DNA of 32,000 nucleotides from Gammaproteobacteria bacterium (GTDB lineage Bacteria; Pseudomonadota; Gammaproteobacteria; JBIOEC01): NCBI GenBank assembly GCA_965279305.1, contig OZ257143.1, positions 1,200,001 to 1,232,000 of the forward strand, read 5' to 3'. Shown piece by piece: positions 26,377 to 32,000 of this stretch (position 1 is its first letter; each line of letters starts with the position of its first letter). The notes under the pieces were generated by a model. It saw only the letters and a program-made list of their open reading frames with translations, ran no database searches and was not told where the DNA came from. The position numbers and the translations under genes were made by a program.

Positions 26377-27468
26377 ATGGCATCTAATTCATTTGGAAAT
26401 CTCTTTAGAATTACTACCTGGGGTGAATCTCATGGAAAAGCCATAGGAGTGGTTATTGATGGCTGTCCTGCAGGATTGCCGCTGTGCGAAGAGGATATTA
26501 ATAGGGCTCTCGCTTTGCGAGCCCCAGGTAAAACTTCTTATACCTCACCTAGACAAGAAAAAGATCATGCTGAGATTTATTCGGGTATTTTTGAAGGTAA
26601 AACCACTGGCACACCTATTTCAATAATAGTGATCAATAAAGATGCTGATCCTAGCCAGTATGACAGTATAAAAAATTTGCTAAGACCCGGCCATGCTAAT
26701 TTTACTTATTTAGAAAAATATGGAATTTTTGATTATCGTGGTGGTGGTCGTGCCTCTGCTCGTGAAACCATAGGCAGAGTAGCAGCAGGAGCCGTTGCTC
26801 AAAAAATATTAGCTCATTTTAATATTTTTACCTGTGCTTATTTATCAAGTGTAGGAGCAGAAAAAACTCAGCTGAAACACGATTCTGCAAAGACTTTAAA
26901 AGAAAAAACATTAAGCAGTCCTATTTTTTGCCCGGATCCTATTGCCGAAAAAAACATACAAGAATATATTCAAAAAATAAAAGAAGAAGGCGATTCATTA
27001 GGCGGTATAGTGACTTTTATGGCAACAGGCTTACCGGTGGGTTTAGGCGATCCTATTTATGAAAAATTAGAAGCAAACCTGGCTAAAGCAATGATGAGTT
27101 TGCCTGCCACTAAAGGATTTGAAATGGGCGAAGGGTTTGATGCGAGTTCACAGCGCGGATCGCAACATAATGATTCGTTTATCAATGATAATGATCAAAT
27201 TAAAACGCTTACTAATAAATCAGGTGGAACCTTGGGAGGCATTTCAACAGGAATGCCTTTGCTAGGAAGAGTGGCGTTTAAACCCACTTCCAGTATTAAA
27301 AAAGCGCAAGAGACAGTAGATTTACAGGGAGATCGCGCTGAATTTAAATTACCTGAAAATGCTAGACATGATCCTTGCGTGGCGATTAGAGCGGTTCCTA
27401 TTGTTGAGGCTATGTTAGCACTGGTATTAGTAGACGCATTATTGATGAATAGAATATCAAAATTGTGA
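26377..27468 (+). CDS. aroC: Chorismate synthase
   Basis: The 363-aa protein has the FGNLFRITTWGESHG N-terminus, GRSSARET-like GRASARET and RHDPC motifs. Confidence 0.96.
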   Translation: MASNSFGNLFRITTWGESHGKAIGVVIDGCPAGLPLCEEDINRALALRAPGKTSYTSPRQEKDHAEIYSGIFEGKTTGTPISIIVINKDADPSQYDSIKNLLRPGHANFTYLEKYGIFDYRGGGRASARETIGRVAAGAVAQKILAHFNIFTCAYLSSVGAEKTQLKHDSAKTLKEKTLSSPIFCPDPIAEKNIQEYIQKIKEEGDSLGGIVTFMATGLPVGLGDPIYEKLEANLAKAMMSLPATKGFEMGEGFDASSQRGSQHNDSFINDNDQIKTLTNKSGGTLGGISTGMPLLGRVAFKPTSSIKKAQETVDLQGDRAEFKLPENARHDPCVAIRAVPIVEAMLALVLVDALLMNRISKL

Positions 27469-27472
27469 ACGA

Positions 27473-28987
27473 TTAAGTAATATTTAAGGCTGAAATCTGC
27501 AATGGAAGAGATGGGATAGAGTTAGCATCAGCCTTATCTTGAATAGGTTCTTGTTTTGATGGTGCTACTTCGGGCACATTTTCTTTATGAGTGTCATTAT
27601 TCCTATTTGCATTAAGATCCGGTAAAGACTCGATTTCGTCTCTTATTTTGAAAAGATTCCCTTTCAAATGAGCTACAAACATCTCAGGCCTCGCAAATAA
27701 ACTAGACTTGATGCGTAATCTTTGATAATTCATTAAGTTTTTACAAAAGTTATAAAGCTTTTGATAAGGAGCAGCTACAGATAATCCTTTATCCATTGCT
27801 GTAAATTCATTTGTAAGTGAAAAGCAAAGATGAAGAGTACATATTAAAGCATATATATCTTGTATATTATCAACACGTAAAAGACGTTTTCCCCACATTT
27901 CTAATGGAATATATTCCGGTGTTCCTGCAGGTTCATGAAATTCTCCCGAATTTACAGATAAACCATAATCTAATACCCATACGCTAACGCTAGTCTCATT
28001 TTCTGCCCAAACTCTAATGTTTTCTGGTTTGATATCTCTATGTACAATACCTAGTGTTGCCAATTCTTCTAATTTTTGAAAAACGCAAAGGATAACAGTG
28101 AGTTTTCCATAAGCGTTTAAAGTGCTAGATCCTATAGTTTTATTTTCTTCAACAATTAAAAAATCAATAAGATCAGACCCTGGTAAAAGAGGGGTAGTTA
28201 AAATGGAGGTGTAATATTTATAATAAAGCATCATATCATTTTGTTGAAATGTATTTGATTTTACATAAAGATCATGTTCAGTTTTTAAATCTTTTTTGGG
28301 AGATTTAGAAACTTTTCTCGCTTTAAAGGGAGCGATAGCTTCTCTAACAACATGCCATTGACCATTAGGCTGTTTAGATAAGTGTATTTGTTGGGCAATT
28401 CTTACATTACCATAGGTACCACTGGCAATGACTCCGCCTGGTTTTTGAGGATCTTTAGCAGAATGTAAAATAGGGATGCCCTCTGCACCAAGAGTAGGAG
28501 TGGTGTGTCTGTATAAAATTTGTAGAATGGCGCTATTGGGATCCGTTCCTGAAAGCACTATTTCACTTGAAAATGGTATATATCCAGGTCTTTTTTTAAC
28601 TTTATTATAATCAGGGTTGTTAAGTGAATCCCAAACATCGAGTACATAAGCTATATGATGATACTCATATAAGTATCCATTGTCTTTGATATCTTCAGCT
28701 CTGAGTAATGGTGCATATAGTTCTACTGATCTCTTTGCTACATCTGAATGTTTTTTATCTAATTCGTCGAGATATTGTTTATGTTCTTCACGTTGGAGCG
28801 TCTCTTCTTCTACCAATCTCTTGATATAAGGTTTAGTAGAAGGATGCAGGGCAACGGGGATAGGTGCTTTATCGAAATCTGATTTAGAAGGTTTAAGCGC
28901 CATAAGTGAGGGTGCTTTTCTAAAAAACCTTGGATTATCAATGGGTTGCTTTAACGGCTTTATATATTTTGTCATCTTCTCTACCAC
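27473..28987 (-). CDS. Eukaryotic-like (Hanks-type) Ser/Thr protein kinase, third and distant family member
   Basis: 504 aa. Motifs are the G-loop GGVIASGTYGNV, the catalytic loop IVHRD318IKPEN, DYG in place of DFG, and GTPEYIPLE (GTPxYxAPE-like). YNFCKNLMNYQ parallels FDYANKLMDYK in the tandem pair. The start is either the GTG at 28987 or, more likely, the ATG at 28975. Confidence 0.82.
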   Translation of the reverse strand: MVEKMTKYIKPLKQPIDNPRFFRKAPSLMALKPSKSDFDKAPIPVALHPSTKPYIKRLVEEETLQREEHKQYLDELDKKHSDVAKRSVELYAPLLRAEDIKDNGYLYEYHHIAYVLDVWDSLNNPDYNKVKKRPGYIPFSSEIVLSGTDPNSAILQILYRHTTPTLGAEGIPILHSAKDPQKPGGVIASGTYGNVRIAQQIHLSKQPNGQWHVVREAIAPFKARKVSKSPKKDLKTEHDLYVKSNTFQQNDMMLYYKYYTSILTTPLLPGSDLIDFLIVEENKTIGSSTLNAYGKLTVILCVFQKLEELATLGIVHRDIKPENIRVWAENETSVSVWVLDYGLSVNSGEFHEPAGTPEYIPLEMWGKRLLRVDNIQDIYALICTLHLCFSLTNEFTAMDKGLSVAAPYQKLYNFCKNLMNYQRLRIKSSLFARPEMFVAHLKGNLFKIRDEIESLPDLNANRNNDTHKENVPEVAPSKQEPIQDKADANSIPSLPLQISALNIT

Positions 28988-29124
28988 GACTACATACAGC
29001 TAAAGATTAACTATTAGTTAATAAGGTGGTTTCCTTACCAAGCTTCCGATGGGTAATTTATCAGAGATTCGCCATTGTTGCAATGAGAGATCGACTATTT
29101 TTTTATAATAAAACTAACTTTAGT

Positions 29125-31962
29125 TTATTTTTCTAGTAAGGGTTTTAAGAATTCGCCGGTATACGACGTTTTATGAGCAGCAATTTGCTCAGGAGTGCCT
29201 TGCGCCACAATATGTCCGCCGCCGTTACCTCCTTCAGGACCTAAATCAATGATCCAATCGGCAGTTTTGATCACATCCAAATTATGCTCAATAACCACAA
29301 TAGTATTACCGTGATCGCGTAAGCGTTGTAGCACGGTTAGCAATAATTGAATATCATGGAAATGTAAACCAGTAGTCGGTTCATCTAAAATATAAAGGGT
29401 TTTGCCAGTATCTCTCTTGGATAATTCCTTAGCCAGTTTTACCCGTTGAGCCTCACCACCGGAAAGCGTGGTCGCATTTTGTCCAAGGGTGATATAGCTT
29501 AAGCCTACATCCATTAATGTTTGTAATTTACGAGCAACAGAGGGGACTGCTGAAAAGAAATTTACTGCATCTTCTACCGTCATATTTAATACATCTAAAA
29601 TACTTTTACCTTTAAAATGAATATCTAAAGTTTCGCGATTATAACGTTGGCCTTTACACACATCACAAGGTACATAGATATCCGCTAAGAAATGCATTTC
29701 TACTTTAATAACACCGTCACCTTGGCACGCTTCACAACGGCCACCGCTCACATTAAAACTAAAACGTCCAGCTTGATAACCACGTGAACGAGCTTCTTGT
29801 GTACCTGCAAAAATTTCGCGAATAGGGGTGAAGATCCCAGTATAAGTAGCGGGATTAGAACGTGGTGTGCGTCCAATAGGGCTTTGATCAATTGCGATCA
29901 CTTTATCTAAATGCTCTAAACCTTCAATACTTTCATGCGGAGCAGGCGTTAATGTAGTGGCCATGTTTAATTCAGTGGCCGCTAAAGGATATAGCGTATC
30001 ATTCACTAAAGTTGATTTTCCTGAGCCTGAAACACCCGTAATACAGGTAAATAAACCTAGAGGAAAATCGACACTGATATGATCTAAATTATTTCCGTGA
30101 GCGTCATTAATACGCAGCACTTTTTTCTTATCAAACGATGTGCGTTTTTTAGGAATATCAATTTTATAAGCGCCCGTTAAATAAGCCCCTGTCAGCGAGT
30201 TAGGGTTTTGCATCACTTCTTCAGGAGTACCTTGAGCTACAATTCTTCCGCCATGAACACCTGCACCTGGGCCTATATCCACGACATAATCAGCTAAACG
30301 AATAGTGTCTTCATCATGCTCTACCACAATAACCGTATTCCCTAAATCACGTAGATGGGTAAGCGTTTTTAATAATCGTGCATTATCACGTTGATGTAAA
30401 CCAATAGTAGGTTCATCTAAAATATAAAGAACGCCGACTAAACCAGCACCAATTTGGCTGGCCAATCGAATACGTTGTGCTTCACCACCCGATAAGGTTT
30501 CTGCTTTTCTTTCTAGCGTTAAATATTGCAAACCTACATTCACTAGAAAACCTAAACGCTCATTAATTTCTTTAGTGACTTTAACGGCAATTTCACCACG
30601 ATGACCTGGCAATACTAAGTCAGTAAAAAATTGATGGGCAATGGCAATGGGCATAGCCGTGATTTCTGGCAAACTTTTTTCAGCAATAAATACATTACGA
30701 GCTTCTAAGCGTAAGCGTGCGCCATGACAATCAGGGCAGGGTTGTGTGCTTAAATTTTTAGAAAGCTCTTCCCTGACCGCTTCAGATTCTGTTTCATGAT
30801 AGCGTCTTTCCATATGAGGAATAATACCTTCAAAAATATCTGAGCGGGTGTAGTTTCCACCGCCTTCATTTTTAAAGGTAAATTTAATAAGTTCATCACC
30901 GCTTCCAAATAATAAAACTTGCTGAATTTTTTTAGAAAGTTCATTAAAAGGTTTTTCAATATCAAATTTATAATGCTTGGCCACGGAGCTTAGTAATTGA
31001 AAATAATACATATGTCTTCTATCCCAACCTCGAATAGCACCACCTGCTAGACTGAGTTCAGGGTTAGTCACAATATGAGAAGGATCGAAAAATGTTTTTA
31101 CGCCTAAACCATCGCAAGTAGGGCAGGCACCTACTGGGTTATTAAATGAAAATAATCTAGGTTCTAATTCAGCTAAACTGTAACCGCAATAAGGACATGA
31201 AAATTTTGAAGAAAAAGTAATGGGTTTTAGCTGTAGATCGGGGGGTGCATCCAAAAATTCAATTAACACAATACCATCAGAGAGTTGCACAGCGGTTTCT
31301 AATGATTCGGCTAAACGTAAACGATTTTCAGGATTGATTTTTAAGCGATCGACTACTACTTCGATAGTATGTTTTTTACGTAAATCTAGAGCAGGAGCGT
31401 ACATTAATTCAGTAATATTTCCGTCAATTCGGGCGCGTACAAATCCTTTTCGGTTCAAATCTTTTAATAATTCTACATGCTCCCCTTTGCGCTCTTTCAC
31501 CACAGGCGCCATTACCATAAATTTAGTATCTAAGGGTAAAGCCAACAAATGATCTATCATTTGGCTAATGGTTTGAGCCACTAGAGGAATATGATGTTCG
31601 GGGCAGTGAGGGATCCCTACGCGAGCGTAAAGCAGGCGTAAATAATCATAAATTTCAGTAATAGTACCTACGGTTGAGCGTGGGTTATGAGAAGTGGATT
31701 TTTGCTCTATGGAAATAGCAGGGGAAAGCCCTTCAATATGATCCACATCGGGTTTTTCCATCATGGATAAAAACTGTCTGGCATAAGCCGATAAAGATTC
31801 TACATAACGGCGTTGTCCTTCTGCATATAGCGTATCAAACGCTAAAGAAGACTTCCCAGACCCTGATGGGCCTGTGATAACAATGAGTTTGTCCCGGGGA
31901 AGGGTGAGATCAATGTTCTTTAAATTATGAGTTCGCGCGCCTTGGATAGTGATTGTATGCAT
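29125..31962 (-). CDS. uvrA: Excinuclease ABC subunit A
   Basis: The 945-aa protein has two ABC ATPase modules ([26 protein letters not shown] twice) and zinc-finger Cys clusters. It is collinear with UvrA over its full length. Confidence 0.97.
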   Translation of the reverse strand: MHTITIQGARTHNLKNIDLTLPRDKLIVITGPSGSGKSSLAFDTLYAEGQRRYVESLSAYARQFLSMMEKPDVDHIEGLSPAISIEQKSTSHNPRSTVGTITEIYDYLRLLYARVGIPHCPEHHIPLVAQTISQMIDHLLALPLDTKFMVMAPVVKERKGEHVELLKDLNRKGFVRARIDGNITELMYAPALDLRKKHTIEVVVDRLKINPENRLRLAESLETAVQLSDGIVLIEFLDAPPDLQLKPITFSSKFSCPYCGYSLAELEPRLFSFNNPVGACPTCDGLGVKTFFDPSHIVTNPELSLAGGAIRGWDRRHMYYFQLLSSVAKHYKFDIEKPFNELSKKIQQVLLFGSGDELIKFTFKNEGGGNYTRSDIFEGIIPHMERRYHETESEAVREELSKNLSTQPCPDCHGARLRLEARNVFIAEKSLPEITAMPIAIAHQFFTDLVLPGHRGEIAVKVTKEINERLGFLVNVGLQYLTLERKAETLSGGEAQRIRLASQIGAGLVGVLYILDEPTIGLHQRDNARLLKTLTHLRDLGNTVIVVEHDEDTIRLADYVVDIGPGAGVHGGRIVAQGTPEEVMQNPNSLTGAYLTGAYKIDIPKKRTSFDKKKVLRINDAHGNNLDHISVDFPLGLFTCITGVSGSGKSTLVNDTLYPLAATELNMATTLTPAPHESIEGLEHLDKVIAIDQSPIGRTPRSNPATYTGIFTPIREIFAGTQEARSRGYQAGRFSFNVSGGRCEACQGDGVIKVEMHFLADIYVPCDVCKGQRYNRETLDIHFKGKSILDVLNMTVEDAVNFFSAVPSVARKLQTLMDVGLSYITLGQNATTLSGGEAQRVKLAKELSKRDTGKTLYILDEPTTGLHFHDIQLLLTVLQRLRDHGNTIVVIEHNLDVIKTADWIIDLGPEGGNGGGHIVAQGTPEQIAAHKTSYTGEFLKPLLEK

Positions 31963-32000
31963 AAGTCAGTGTATAGTAGAGTCTTAAAAAGAAGTATGAT

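Noticed and set aside
29086-29105. AAAAATAGTCGATCTC (minus strand) upstream of kinase 3, which partially resembles the GAAAATAGTCWGATTAC module.
   Set aside because: One base of the dyad is missing, there is no TTGAC box 17 nt upstream, and the site lies directly after the uvrA stop. It is probably chance similarity in AT-rich DNA.
1008-31552. Other short antisense or out-of-frame ORFs in the track: 1008-1307, 8806-9084, 9597-10070, 10260-10529, 10929-11249, 11478-11747, 13771-13995, 14775-14990, 15698-15940, 16761-16970, 18884-19123, 19991-20191, 20630-20818, 21451-21741, 22078-22278, 25478-25684, 25996-26193, 30750-30965 and 31220-31552.
   Set aside because: Each lies inside a confidently identified gene on the opposite strand or in another frame, and none has independent support.
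1-32000. tRNA, rRNA, CRISPR arrays, transposases, integrases or phage genes that might explain the orphan insertions.
   Set aside because: None was seen. Every intergenic gap is under 200 bp, there are no repeat-spacer arrays, and no ORF carries DDE, tyrosine-recombinase or serine-recombinase motifs.

Overview
This is an AT-rich gammaproteobacterial chromosome segment. Gene content suggests an intracellular Legionellales/Coxiellaceae-type organism, but the taxon cannot be verified without a database search. The backbone is conserved housekeeping genes: proA, ruvA, ruvB, an archaeal/eukaryote-type proS, a DAACS-family transporter, radA, the glyA-nrdR-ribD-ribE-ribB-ribH-nusB-thiL-pgpA block, queF, folE2-queD, an HdeA-like periplasmic protein, aroA-aroK-aroC and uvrA. 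Six orphan genes that look like effectors are wedged between these. (1) A CE-clan (Ulp1-like) cysteine protease candidate lies upstream of ruvA. (2, 3) Two tandem paralogous eukaryotic-like Ser/Thr kinases on the opposite strand split the normally contiguous ruvA-ruvB pair. (4) A third, distant member of the same kinase family sits between aroC and uvrA. (5, 6) A divergent orphan pair lies between radA and glyA: a 159-aa protein and a 599-aa two-TM protein with a Cys-rich loop. The protease gene and both tandem kinase genes carry the same 44-bp promoter/leader module, TTGACW-N17-GAAAATAGTCWGATTACTWAC. The spacer between the tandem kinases holds a 29-nt, 28/29-identical copy of an internal ruvB segment. 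All six orphans end in short Pro/Ala/Ser/Thr-rich tails. Three small palindromic (REP/MITE-like) elements are present, and one supplies the 3' end of the aroK reading frame. I found no tRNA, rRNA, CRISPR array, transposase or integrase.
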